From Utricularia gibba (taxonomy: Eukaryota > Plantae > Magnoliophyta): a stretch of 64,000 nt of DNA. Where the stretch lies: contig NEEC01000016.1 in assembly GCA_002189035.1 (NCBI GenBank), positions 868,001-932,000 of the forward strand, given 5' to 3'. Numbering within the stretch: the stretch's first letter is position 1; every line of letters starts with the position of its first letter. The notes beneath the pieces were generated by a model, which was given only the letters and a program-made list of their open reading frames with translations, was not told where the DNA came from and did not search any database. This document shows positions 1 to 15,118 of this stretch, piece after piece. Made by a program: the position numbers and the translations under genes.

Positions 1-224
1 GATCGGAAAATGAGCTCAATTCGTATAAATAATATTTTTTATTTTAAAATTAAAAATTATTTAATTCATTTCATCTCATTATAAAAGAGATTTAATCCAA
101 ATTAATAATTAAATAAAAAATGAATTAAATTCATTTTTTAAAACATTAATAATAAATAACAAATATTTAAAAGAAACTTTAGAAAAGGGATTTTTTTTTT
201 TTTTTTTTGCGAGATTGGGAATTC

Positions 225-233
225 AAACCCTAA
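225..233 (+). promoter_or_regulatory. Telo-box (AAACCCTAA) upstream of VPS20
   Basis: Exact AAACCCTAA about 220 nt upstream of the ATG at 453; function inferred from the known plant telo-box motif. Confidence 0.4.
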
Positions 234-452
234 TTCCATCTTTAACGGACAGAACGATTGCATCGCTCCGAAGCGATGGTGAGATTGAGGTAGTGGGATG
301 ATGTTAGTGTGAATAATTGTGGGCTGTATGTGCTTGAGAGGTGAAGGGGAAAGCTTTGTGTGTGGTCTTTCTTCTGCCTTTCATCACTGTATTCTAGTTT
401 GCTTGTATATTTGAAGTTTAATTCTTTCTGGGGGAGGAGGGCTTAGGAAATC

Positions 453-1979
453 ATGGGGAACGTGTTCGTGAAGAAACCTAAGATCACGGAGGTCGACAAA
501 GCCATTCTTTCTCTCAAAACCCAGCGGCGGAAGCTTGCGCAATACCAACAACAGGTATTTTTTGCTGCACTTTCCTTTTTCATCACTGGGTTTTGGGGTT
601 TTGAGAATTTCATGTTAGGTTGATGTGGATGATAAATTCAATCTCATCACTGGGAGAGGATGGGGCAGTTTCTTTTTTCATCACTTGAGGGTGCTTATGG
701 ATTTTTTTCTTTATTTTTGTAATGGCTCAATTTATTGTGCATTGAATTTTGATTTATTCATTCTGAGCATCCTAAGGTCACATAAATTGAAATCGTTCCA
801 CTTTTACTCCCTCGGAGCCTCTCTAGAACTTGCAAGAAAATTTAAGGGATTCAAGCATATGTACCAGGGTTTGATTAGGCAGCTAATCTCAAACAGGATA
901 TCAAGGTGTGCGTAGGATGGTGGATGCATTTAAATTATCAGTTGAATGCTGCATTGCTTCTATGGATGGAGTACTCTTTCCCTGCTGTTTCATTCTTCTT
1001 TCTTGTTGCTTCCAGTTGGAGGCTGTCATTGATGCTGAAAAGCAAGCTGCTATAGATTTGCTCCGTGAGAAGAAGAAAGATCGGGCATTATTAGCATTGA
1101 AGAAGAAGAAGCTTCAAGAGGACTTGTTGAAGCAAGTTGATGGCTGGCTCATTAACGTCGAACAGCAAGTACGTCATTCAACTCCAACTTCTCTCTCACC
1201 ATTATAATATTTTACGGCCTTGGTGTTGAGAATTGACACTGCTGCATCAGTTGGCAGACGTTGAATTGGCAAGCAAGCAAAAAGCAGTATTCGAGAGTTT
1301 GAAAGCTGGAAATAATGCAGTAAAGGCAATACAGAGTGAGATCAACCTGGATGATGTGCAAAAACTAGTTGATGACTCTGCTGAAGCAAAAGCGTATCAA
1401 GACGTGAGCACTTCATAGATCCCATTTCTCCATACCCTGCTTTTAGATATACACTATTTAGTTTCAAGCAACAGTTTTTACGTTTCTGTGATTATTTCTT
1501 ATCCCTTAGCCGGAAGAATGCCCTGTTCTCACTATATAATTGATGCATATACTCCTGTATAGGAGATTAATGCCATTTTGGGAGAGAAGTTATCTGCTGA
1601 AGATGAAGAAGAGGTTTTGGCCGAATTTGAGAATCTGGAGGCGCAGGTCCGTTGTCTTGCTGTTCATAGATATTAGGCTCTTAATGCCATTTCTACTTTA
1701 ATGGCTGCATTGACAACATTGAACATTGATTCGTGCAGATAACCCTTCAAGATCTGCCCAAGGTTCCATCCGCAGCACAGCCTTCTGAAGAATATGAAGA
1801 GAAGCTAGATCTTCCTGATGTGCCCACGAGTACACCTTCCATCACAGAGGAAATAACTGAAATTCCTGAGCGTAGAAAAGGTTTGTCCCACGCCTCATTT
1901 CTTGCTCTTTCATAGACACCGCCTCACAAAACTTAATTTTTGACAAACTGCAGTTATGGAAGAACCACTCCCCGCATAA
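453..1979 (+). CDS. VPS20: ESCRT-III subunit VPS20 (Snf7 family), multi-exon
   Basis: Exon 1 453-554 encodes [34 protein letters not shown] (Gly2 myristoylation-type start). Internal exons read [12 protein letters not shown]...NVEQQ and [18 protein letters not shown]. The last exon ends [11 protein letters not shown] at 1977-1979. Introns are GT-AG. Confidence 0.93.
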
Positions 1980-2638
1980 TCCTTCTTTAGTTTCTGGAAA
2001 AGGGAGTATATATTTCATGGTGATTGCTGCACTTGGGTTCTTTTTTCACTTTTGATCTGTCTATAGAAGCACTCTCATGTGGTTTTTGGAGTTAGTTTAC
2101 TCCATCATGAGTGCAAAGGTTTGTATTTGACTGTCACACATTTCCGATTAATCATGATTGACCATTCAAAATCAGAAAGGTTTCTTTTTTGACTCAAATC
2201 CTAGATTATGAACCACTCGATTTAAAACCCAGATAAAGCCACCTGAGTGATGGGACTTAAAACAAATAAGAACAAAAAATTTATAGGGGGCCGAGTTCAG
2301 TTGAACTATGAAAGGGGGATCAGTTGCACCTCTCTTCTTCAGTTTTGTAGGGGATGATTGCTGATTCTCCTTTTCAATCGCGCTTGGATTCTTTTACTAT
2401 TACCGGTCCCTCCCATTGTCGGTCGGAACAGCTGGGGAGATGAGTGAAATGGGCCATTTTCTCTAATTTTAGTATGAAATCTGGGTCCTGTGGCGAATTT
2501 CATCTCCTTCAATTCCGTCGCGATATTCCGGTTTATTGGGATCGTGCATTACAATTTTGGGTATTCGGTATTGCATCCTCTTTTTTTGGGTAGGAGAAGG
2601 AGCCTGCGAGAACTGTAAATGAGTTGCTGAAAGTTTGA

Positions 2639-4103
<1,465 letters not shown>

Positions 4104-4480
4104 TTCATGTAGATGTAAGCTTCTCTTCATGCTTCAGTATGTTGATAAGCAGCAAGTCATGGTTGTCGTGTCTGTCACTCCCTGAATAAATATTGTAAAT
4201 GCATATCGCAGCTCAGTCTCTCTATTGGAGACTACAAATGGTAACTTGGATGTGCTCAGATAATGCTTGTGGTTGATTATGGATTTGCGTGGCGATCTAC
4301 TGCACTTTTTCTTGCTTCTGTTCGTCTGAAGATGTGTTTTGCCCAATAGCTTTACACTTTCCTTGCAATCAAATGCAACAGTAAGGACATCTGATAACAA
4401 CAAAATCAAGCGACCCAAAGAACAACATCCTTTTTTCTCTATCTCTACGGCCATTAAGTGTAAACATGCTTTGCTTCTCT

Positions 4481-5508
4481 TCAGTAGATTCTAACCTTCT
4501 TTGCCACATCCGCAGCATTGTATTCAGGGGACAGGGCGATAAACGCCTTCTTCTTACCTTCTGGTGTCATCAAGGTATTCACCCTCTTGATACTTACACC
4601 CAAAAGCTTCTTCATTGCTTCTTTGATTTCAATCTTATCAGAGCGCTTATCGACCATGAACACCAATGTGTTCCTCTCCACCATTTCCTTTTGGGCCGCC
4701 TCTGTCCTCACAGGGTACTTTATGACTTCTGTTATGTCAACCTTGAGGCTCCGAGACACAGCAGCAGCAGCAGCACGCTTTGTGGATTTCTTCTCCTTCA
4801 CATTGGATGATTCGGTGGCATCTTCAATCTTCAGCTCTAGAGAATCCGGGGCAAAAATGAGCTGGGATCTCGTATCGGGCTCGGCATATTTTGCATCGGA
4901 GTACGTAGCCTCGAAAGTAGAAAGATCATCCTTGGAAGAAGCCTGAAGAACTAACAAAACCATATAACATCGATTTGAACCATAGGAAACTGTTTAATCA
5001 AGATAAAAGCACCTTCTGGGAAAAATGAAATGAAGAAGCGTAAGGGCGACTGAGTTTCCCTGAAACTGAGGTCCTCCAAGAGAGCGATGGAAATCCCTGA
5101 GGGAGCGCCGAGATCTCACCGCCAGTGGGTGGAAGAGAAACCACTGTACGATTGAAGTATCTTATCTTAATCACAATACATGTTTGAGAACGGGGATAAC
5201 GTAGTCGGGTTTTCACAGATAACAACAAAAAAAAAAAAAAAAAAAAAAAAGCTGCCGCAAAGGCGTGCACGACGAACCCTATCCGCAGATTTCAGACGCA
5301 CATCTACTGTTAGCTTCAAGAAATCGAAATGGCGCAGAAACATCGACCGTCTCCGGGAAAATTAAACCAGGAGAATCAAACCAAACAACTCGAAATCCAG
5401 TAGTATTGGAGGAAGAAAGACTTTACCTGGAGGAGAAGGCGAAGATGACGAAAGGATGGATAGAGCAAAGGAGCCAGACGGGACGACTAACCCTAAAGCT
5501 CCAGCCAT
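4481..5508 (-). CDS. Diverged cytosolic-type ribosomal protein uL23 (RPL23a family) with a predicted plastid transit peptide; exons 5508-5427, 5143-5013, 4942-4481; 224 aa
   Basis: The C-terminal core VIKYPVRTEAAQKEMVERNTLVFMVD...VNTLMTPEGKKKAFIALSPEYNAADVAKKV matches the eukaryotic L23a pattern (KYP..TE.A......NTLVF.VD...VNTL..P.G.KKA...L...Y.A.DVA.K). Two upstream exons join in frame through GT-AG introns (phase 1, then phase 0) and give a Ser/Pro-rich N-terminus. Confidence 0.85.
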
Positions 5509-5645
5509 TGCACTTGCACCGAAGGGGAAGGTGTTCGTACCGTTGAAGAGGCAAATAATAACTGTGGAATATGTAGTTAATAATTAAAAAAATAAAACAA
5601 TATTAGAGGGCAGAAGGGCAGCAGGAGGGAGGAGGAGGAGGCGCG

Positions 5646-8600
5646 ATGTTGGAGAAGATTGGATTGCCGCCGAAGCCATCTCTGAGGGGTAACAGTTGGG
5701 TCGTCGATGCGTCGCATTGCCAAGGCTGTTCCTCGCAGTTCTCCTTCATCAATCGCAAGGTCTGCTAGAGTCTTCGATTTCGCTTTCAATTCAATTCCCT
5801 TTTTCCTTGATTACTCGTATCTTTGAGCTTTCCGTTGGTCATCTTGGATGGCCAGTGGCTTACGGTACCGCCGTCGGTGGATAATGGAAGATCACGCATC
5901 ATTTGAGCTAGTGAATCACCAGTTCTTGTTAGATTCACTCTGATGATCACATGTCTCATTGTGTTTTCAGCATCATTGTCGAAGATGTGGGGGGATCTTC
6001 TGTGGTAACTGCACTCGCCACAGAATTATCTTGCGTGGACAGGGTGATTCGCCAGTGCGCATTTGTGATCCCTGCAAAAATTTAGAAGAGGCGGCACGAT
6101 TCGAAAATCGGAATCGATACAAAAGCAAACCTTCGAAAGGTAGCTTCCTTGTTCGTCTACATGCATCTGGATTTCATCTCTACCTTGCTTTCGCTGCCTT
6201 ATGGATGAGAAATTCGCGTTGCTCTGTTCAGAGATGAGTTAAGCTAAGTAACCCCTCTCTGTAAGTTGTTTTGCTCTACTCTGTGTGTATATGAGATTCT
6301 GGTAAGCTGCAACTGTTAAGGGGCATCTTCTGAAACACACAAGTGGAAATGAGATGTTTTGAGCAGTAGCCATTACTTTTCTCCAGTCCCTTCTCTGACT
6401 AAATTCCTTGTTTGTCCCATTCTCAGGAGCTTCTGGAGTTGCTTCCCAGAAAGAAGATGACATGTTGAATGACACGGCGTCGAAGCTAGTTGTCGGATCA
6501 TCTTCTTCCTCAGATCAGGCATCATCGGAACTTGAAGGTGAAACCCCCGCGAGATTGCGAGAGAAGGCCTTGGAGGAGAAGAAAAACTATAGGATATTAA
6601 AAGATGAAGGGAAATCTGAGGATGCCATGAAAGCTTTTAAACGGGGGAAGGAACTGGAGAGGCAGGCCGCAGCACTGGAGATCTCCCTGCGGAAAAATCG
6701 AAAAAAAGCTTTATCCTCCGGTGCAGTGGATGACACACAAGATATTAAGAATCATTTTAGAGCAGCCACAGAAAAAATTACACCCTCATTGGGTAAGAAG
6801 AGTAAAGAGAAAGAGGATCTCTCTGCTGAACTTAGAGAATTGGGTTGGTCAGATTTAGATCTTCATGAGGGTGAGAAGAAACCATCCGCATCAACTGTGG
6901 AGGGTGAGCTCTCTTCATTAGTTCAGGAGGTTTTTCCTGAACCTTATAAACCGAAGCCTGCCATTACGGCTGATAGATCTCTGGTCCTTGTTCATAAGAA
7001 AAAGGCTCTTGAACTGAAGCGAGCTGGGAATCTTTCTGAAGCCAAAGAAGAACTGAAGAAGGCGAAGGTCCTTGAGAGGAAAATAGAGGAGGAAGAACTG
7101 TTGGGTGGTGCTGATGATTCTGATGATGAGCTCTCTTCACTGATTCGAAGCATGGACGCTGAACCTGAAAAGTTCAATATTGGGACTGATATTGATAATA
7201 TTTCTGGCCTTGCGGATGACTTCGATATTGATGGGAATTTTGAAGTCACTGAAGAAGACATGGAAGATCCTGATATGGCTTCTGCTCTAAAATCATTAGG
7301 TTGGGTTGAAGAATCCATCGATATCCAAGTGAAGGCTTCGTCAGTTCAGTCATCAGAAAGAGATTTTCTAAATCAGAAGAGGGCTGATGGAAGGGAACAT
7401 GAGACAAGTGTTTCGCATGGAGGTAGCTATCCAGCACAAAAACTTCCATCAAGGAGTAAAATTATGATTCAGAAAGACCTCATTGCTGTAAAAAAGAGAG
7501 CTCTAACTCTGAAGAGAGAGGGTAGATTTGATGAGTCGGAGCAAGAATTGAAGAAGGCTAGGGTTCTCGAGGCAGAACTTGAGGAATTCAGTAAAGCTTC
7601 TGCACATGGACGGGCAAGTTCAGGCACTGACATGAACATCAGTGATGAAGAGGTAGCTGAGGATGATGCCGATCAAGTGACGGATCAAGATATGCACGAT
7701 CCTACTTATCTCGCTCTCTTGAAGAACATGGGATGGGAGGATGAATATGCCACTGCACAGGCTCAGCCATCTACATCGCAAAAAGCTGCTGCACCTATTG
7801 TGTCTAATAAAAATGAAGTCACGAGCACTGGATTAACAGCACATTATGCTGGTGATTATCTGACCCCTGGAAAAACTAAGAAGGAAATTCAGAGTGACCT
7901 TTTGGCGCTGAAAAGGAAGGCTCTTACCCTAAGGCGGCAAGGAGAGACCGACTCTGCAGATGAAGTACTGGAAACTGCGAGGGCATTAGAGCTACAGTTG
8001 CAGGAGCTTGAAAAGCAAACAAAACAAGTTCCAAATAAAAATGTGGAGAACCAGTCAAAGGAACCACAGTTACCAGACAAGGTTACAGTTGTGAAACCTG
8101 AACAAATGGCTCCCCACGGGGAGATATCACAGACACAGCAACCGGAGCTGCCTTCTCATCCACCAGATTCATCTCCAAATAAGAATAGCTTATCACAAGA
8201 AATCCTATCTCACAAGAGGAAGGCAGTTGCCTTGAAGAGAGAAGGGAAACTTTCCGAAGCCAAGGAGGAGCTCCGGCTAGCAAAGCTTTTAGAGAAGCAG
8301 GCAGATGTCGCCACGAGTCAGGTTACGAGTTCTGATTCTGATGCCTCCGGCGTACGTAACAAAGAAACAAGTTCGCCTAATCCATCATCCAGCCATGAGA
8401 GGGTTTCCAATACCGACTCTTTAACCTCCGATGTTCCTAGAAAAGAAAAGGTTTCACCTATTACATCAAGTCGTGAGAGGTTCAAAGTGCAGCAGGAGTC
8501 ACTTGCCCACAAGCGCCAAGCTCTAAAGCTTAGAAGAGAAGGTAAAATCACTGAAGCTGAGGCTGAATTAGAGCTGGCAAAATCTCTAGAATCCCGTTTA

Positions 8601-8942
8601 CAAGAGCTGGATTCTGCAAATTCCTTGGATTCTTCCAAAGGTGTGGATGAGGTGGAGGATTTTCTTGATCCTCAGTTGTTGTCTGCACTGCAGTCAATTG
8701 GATTTGAAGATCTCGGGATCGCGCCTCACAGCAAAGAAACAGATCAGAGCAAAGATAGTACTAGAAGTGGTGGAGCAGGAGCAAAAGCAGATACAGAGGC
8801 AGCGGACTTAGCTGAACGAATCAAGTCGGAGAAGCTAATGGCAGTTAACTTAAAACGCGCTGGAAAGCAAACAGAAGCCTTGGCTGCCTTGAGACGAGCT
8901 AAGATGTATGAAAAGAAGTTGCATTCTCTAGATGCACGCTAG
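5646..8942 (+). CDS. FYVE4: FYVE-domain endosomal protein, FYVE4/At1g61690-like; exons about 5646-5759, 5971-6139, 6427-8942
   Basis: N-terminus MLEKIGLPPKPSLRGNSWVVDASHCQGC...RK|HHCRRCGGIFCGNC...VRICDPC is a FYVE finger, followed by a long helical repeat region (ORF 6408-8942). Confidence 0.88.
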
Positions 8943-9071
8943 CCAGGACAGCACATTTTTTGTACATGGGAAAATATTTTCCACTTTCCCTCCTTGAACT
9001 TTGAAATACATTGCAAGTTATACTTTTCGTTCACTTTACCTAGTGAATAAAAAACATTTTACCCACGAAAT

Positions 9072-11345
9072 CTAGTTCACTGAAATTGCCTTTTCTCGTT
9101 TTCTTCTCATTTCTGATCCCAACAACTCTGCCATGATATATATGTCCTTAGACAAGGGATGAGATCTATCACCTGACGAAAAACCATGCAAGTCTACTGA
9201 ATTACCAACGTCTGCCCAACTAAATCCTATTTCTTTGGTGACTTGCTTCTGCCTCATCAATCTCCTCAGTTTGGCAACCTTCTCCCACTTACCCTGCTCG
9301 GCAAACAAGTTGGACATCAAGATATAAGATCCTGATTCCTTTGGTTGCATATCAATCAAAGCATTGGATATACGTGATGCCATCTCGACTTCTCCGTAAA
9401 TCTTACACGCCCCAAGTAGGCTTTGCAGAACAGATACTCCTGGCCCGCCTGGAATGCCATCTAAAAATTCTTCAGCCTCCTTCAAACGCCCATCTCTTCC
9501 TAACATGTCCACTACACAAGAATAATGCTCAGCAGATGGCTCAACATAGTGGTTTTTCACCATTGATTTGAAGATCTCCACTCCCATATCTATCATTCTG
9601 TTGTGACCACATGATGCTAGTACAGAAAGAAACGTTATTGCGTCTGGTCGGACACCTTCATTTATCATCTGCTTAAAGCAAGTTATAACTGATTCATGGT
9701 CACCATGCCTTGAATGAGCAGAGATCATAGCTGTCCAAGCAACTTGGGTTCTATTTGTCAACTCATTGAATATCTTCAAGGAATCAGATATGCTCCCACG
9801 CTTTGAATACATATCAAGGAGAGCACCAGAGACGATTGAATGAAAATTCAGTCCAAGCTTGTTTAAATAACCATGGCATCTCTGTCCCTGTTTCAGAGAG
9901 ACAGATTCTGAAGAAGCAATAGCATGCAAAACACTGCCAAAGGTATAAGGGTTAGGTGTTAATTCTTCTGAAGCAAGAAAGAACGTGTGCAGAGCTTCTT
10001 TGTACATTCCATTCAGCGAATGAGCAGATATCAAAGCATTCCAAGAAATGATGTCTCTACAGTTTATCTCCTCAAACACCTTCAAGCAATCCTCCACGAA
10101 ACCAAACTTACCATACATGGTAATGAAACTATTTGCTACATTAACATGAGAGACAAAATTTGACCCTATACAAAACCCATGGACAATTTGGCCTTCAACA
10201 ACAGTTTCTTGCTTTGTGATGGCATGAATTAATCCAATAAAAGTGACATCATTTGGGGAAACCCCTTCTCTGATCATTTTCTTAAAAAAATCCATGGCAT
10301 CACTTTCCATTATTGACAGCAATGTTGTCCAGGAAACTACATTAGGGTCAACAATACTCTCAAAGATCAATGCTGCGTCTCCATCAAGATCAGACTTGAA
10401 ATACATTGACATCAAGACATTACCAACCGAAACATGAGTTTCGTATCCTAGCTTCACAGCTAGACAATGCACCTGTCTCCCGAAATTTAAGTTTTTATCT
10501 TGACCACATGCTGAAATAACGCTGGAGAATGAAATGTGATCAGGCTTCACCTCTCCCTTCACCATGTCAATAAATACACAAATGGTTTCCCAGGCACATC
10601 TACCATTCTGTGCATAACCAGATAAAATTGCATTCCAAGAGACCACATCTTTATGATGCATCTCCTTGAAGAGTTGATCAGCAAATGAAATTTCCTCACA
10701 CTTCGAATATAAAGTCACCAGAGCATTTCCAACAAAGATTTCCATATGGAAACCAAGTTTCAGAACGAGGCAATGCAGTTGCCAACCGAAATCAAAATGC
10801 AGACCATCTGCACAATGCGCCAAGGCACTAGAAAACGTCACGGCATCAAACTGAAACCCGGCTGAATGCATCTGATGAGTAAAAAAAAGAGCATCTTTAC
10901 TCTCTTCAAACCCTGATAAGATTGTATTATAAGAAACCGTATCAGGGTATTCCAAGCTATAAAAAATTCGAAAAGCCCGCGTTATATCCTGGGACCTACA
11001 ATAGAACCCCATCAAAGAATTACACACGCAAACAAAATTCATGAAACCAGACACAAGCGCAAAACTGTGAATCTGAAAACCAAGTTCCCTCCGAGCAAGA
11101 CAAGCTTTCGAAGCGAGCGCGATCGCCACCTCATCCACACTCCCCATTCGGACATGTTTCCTGAAGACATCAAGCGCTTCATTGCTTCGATTTGCGCGCA
11201 TGAGATTAGACATGAGGCGGTGAAGGGTAACAAGCCGTGGCTTAGTAATTTCGTCGAACAGGACGTAGCCATTGCCCAACAGGGACTTGTCCCCAAAACA
11301 GGACTGACTAACAGATGATATGTTGCGCGCTAAGCGGGATATCAT
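9072..11345 (-). CDS. PLS-class PPR protein with E/E+ extension, intronless, organellar RNA editing factor (GRS1/At4g32430-like)
   Basis: 757-aa single ORF with repeated (D/N)VVSW(N/T) PPR motifs, HYSCVVDMLGR, and an E-domain ending GFSW...FSSGDRSHP; no DYW domain. Confidence 0.93.
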   Translation of the reverse strand: MISRLARNISSVSQSCFGDKSLLGNGYVLFDEITKPRLVTLHRLMSNLMRANRSNEALDVFRKHVRMGSVDEVAIALASKACLARRELGFQIHSFALVSGFMNFVCVCNSLMGFYCRSQDITRAFRIFYSLEYPDTVSYNTILSGFEESKDALFFTHQMHSAGFQFDAVTFSSALAHCADGLHFDFGWQLHCLVLKLGFHMEIFVGNALVTLYSKCEEISFADQLFKEMHHKDVVSWNAILSGYAQNGRCAWETICVFIDMVKGEVKPDHISFSSVISACGQDKNLNFGRQVHCLAVKLGYETHVSVGNVLMSMYFKSDLDGDAALIFESIVDPNVVSWTTLLSIMESDAMDFFKKMIREGVSPNDVTFIGLIHAITKQETVVEGQIVHGFCIGSNFVSHVNVANSFITMYGKFGFVEDCLKVFEEINCRDIISWNALISAHSLNGMYKEALHTFFLASEELTPNPYTFGSVLHAIASSESVSLKQGQRCHGYLNKLGLNFHSIVSGALLDMYSKRGSISDSLKIFNELTNRTQVAWTAMISAHSRHGDHESVITCFKQMINEGVRPDAITFLSVLASCGHNRMIDMGVEIFKSMVKNHYVEPSAEHYSCVVDMLGRDGRLKEAEEFLDGIPGGPGVSVLQSLLGACKIYGEVEMASRISNALIDMQPKESGSYILMSNLFAEQGKWEKVAKLRRLMRQKQVTKEIGFSWADVGNSVDLHGFSSGDRSHPLSKDIYIMAELLGSEMRRKREKAISVN

Positions 11346-11692
11346 CTGGATTTACCCTGTAACCGCAAATCACCTTTCTCCTCCATGCACACACACACCT
11401 TTAACCTGCACCTGCATCTTCCAAGTTCCATCTAACCGCCTCCGCCTCCGGTTGCATTTTTTTAAAAAAAACCTTGTAAACAAATATCAAAGTTTAGATG
11501 CAATAAATTAACAAAAAATATTTTTTTTTAATTTCACAATATATAAATGTATAATCAATAAAATAAACTGAAATTTACTTTTTTAATAATATTTAGTTTT
11601 GATCGGATTAATAAATTGAATTTCAAATTTAACAATGAATTTATACACTATTTTCACAAAATAAAAATAGTATTTTGTGTACAGACAAAATG

Positions 11693-13631
<1,939 letters not shown>

Positions 13632-13824
13632 CAATTCCGGGAATAGAGGGAGATAAAAAAACAAGCAATTCGGAGTGTGATACACGAAAGCGAGCTGATG
13701 ATTGACTTCCGAATACCTCGGATTCGGAAAAGAGCTGCAACATTTATAGAGAACAATGAAGACGAAGAAGGAAATCCAGGAATATCGGTGTACCTGGACC
13801 ATCCCTGATTGAACAGAAACAACT

Positions 13825-13885
13825 ACACGTGGCGATAACCTAACGGATATAAAAACAACGCCTGCGATTTTCTTGCGGTCACGTG
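13825..13885. promoter_or_regulatory. Two G-box/ABRE elements upstream of BAM1
   Basis: ACACGTGGC at 13825-13833 and CACGTG at 13880-13885, 200-250 nt upstream of the BAM1 ATG; fits known ABA/osmotic induction of BAM1 orthologues. Confidence 0.5.
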
Positions 13886-15118
13886 GAAAAGGTGATTTGC
13901 CCGTACAAGGATTGGCTTATATTTTTCAAATAAAAACTCCGAATTTTCGTAAAATTAGTGAATAATATTCCAAAAAACTAGGTTGCATGGGAACCGATAT
14001 GATACTACATAAATATGCAATATGTTGCTACGATAATAATGATATATTAAAATATTTTCTAAATTTTTAATATAATAATATAATTTACACATCGAATAAA
14101 TTAATTTAAAAATTCAAAATTCAAAATTCAAAAATTTAAAAATGCATATGTTTGTAACAATTGATATTTCAAACTCGATTTGAAATGTTGATGTTATTGA
14201 GTACATTATTATTTTGAATTTCATTTCGAAGATTCTAATTCATTTGATCATTCATCTTGAAATAAAATGAATATTAGATTGAATAAGAAAAAAGTTCAAA
14301 GCCGGGATAATGATAAAAGAAACGTAATTAAATCTCAAATTATCCAAATCTTACAAAAAAGAGAGGGTAAATAAAATAAATGAAAAATTTAGATAATAAT
14401 AGATAATTCAGAAAATTAAGGAGAAAATCAAAGTATTAGTGATTTAATTAAGTATTTTTTAAATATTTTTCATAATATTTTTTAAATATTTTTCATAATA
14501 TTTTTGAATTATTTTTATCTTTTAAAAAATAATAAAACAGATTAAAATAATGCATGTAGGCTGTAGCCCTTTAATATTTATCATATTGCATATTCAATAT
14601 TCATGAATATATAAAGATTATACCGAATTAAATTTGAATTTATGATTTTTTAAATTTATATAAAAAAAATAAAAATTTATGAAATTTACAAATATTATAT
14701 TTAGTTAATTATTTTATTTTTTGTAATATTTTTATATTTCAACGCATTATAAAAAGGATTTAATTGAAGTGAATTTTAAAACAGAGAGCAAAATTAACGA
14801 CTCGCAGAGACGCAATTACAGGTTATTAGAAGAGTGATTAGGGAATAGAACCCCCAGGTGCATTTTTGTAAATTCCTTTAACCAGCGACCAAGCTTGTGT
14901 CCAATCGGCCGAAGAGGAATTCATCGATCATCCCGTCTCCGAGATCTCCTCTACTTCCTTCTTGCTCTTCTCTCGAGTGTTCCAGGATTTCTGGGCCTGA
15001 GTTTTAAGGCTCTTTCGTGTGTTCTCCACCGGGTTTGGGGAGGATTTTGAACTTGGGTTGATTTGAATGGTTCTTTTGTACTGAATTTTCCTGCGTCGAT
15101 TGGCAATTTTGGTTAATC

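Noticed and set aside
4466-4946. Plus-strand ORFs of 114 and 142 aa opposite the L23-like exon
   Set aside because: Antisense shadows of a real coding exon; no recognisable motifs.
5227-5250. A24 run in intron 1 of the L23-like gene as a possible retroposition tail
   Set aside because: It is poly-T on the gene's sense strand inside an intron and not 3' of the core; a simple homopolymer.
5488-5498. Telo-box-like TAACCCTAAA inside the transit-peptide exon
   Set aside because: Imperfect, within coding sequence (Leu-Gly-Leu codons); too short to argue the exon derived from a ribosomal-protein promoter.
14101-14500. Short AT-rich tandem repeats (AAAATTC x3; a 23-bp unit x2)
   Set aside because: Low-complexity slippage products in AT-rich spacer.
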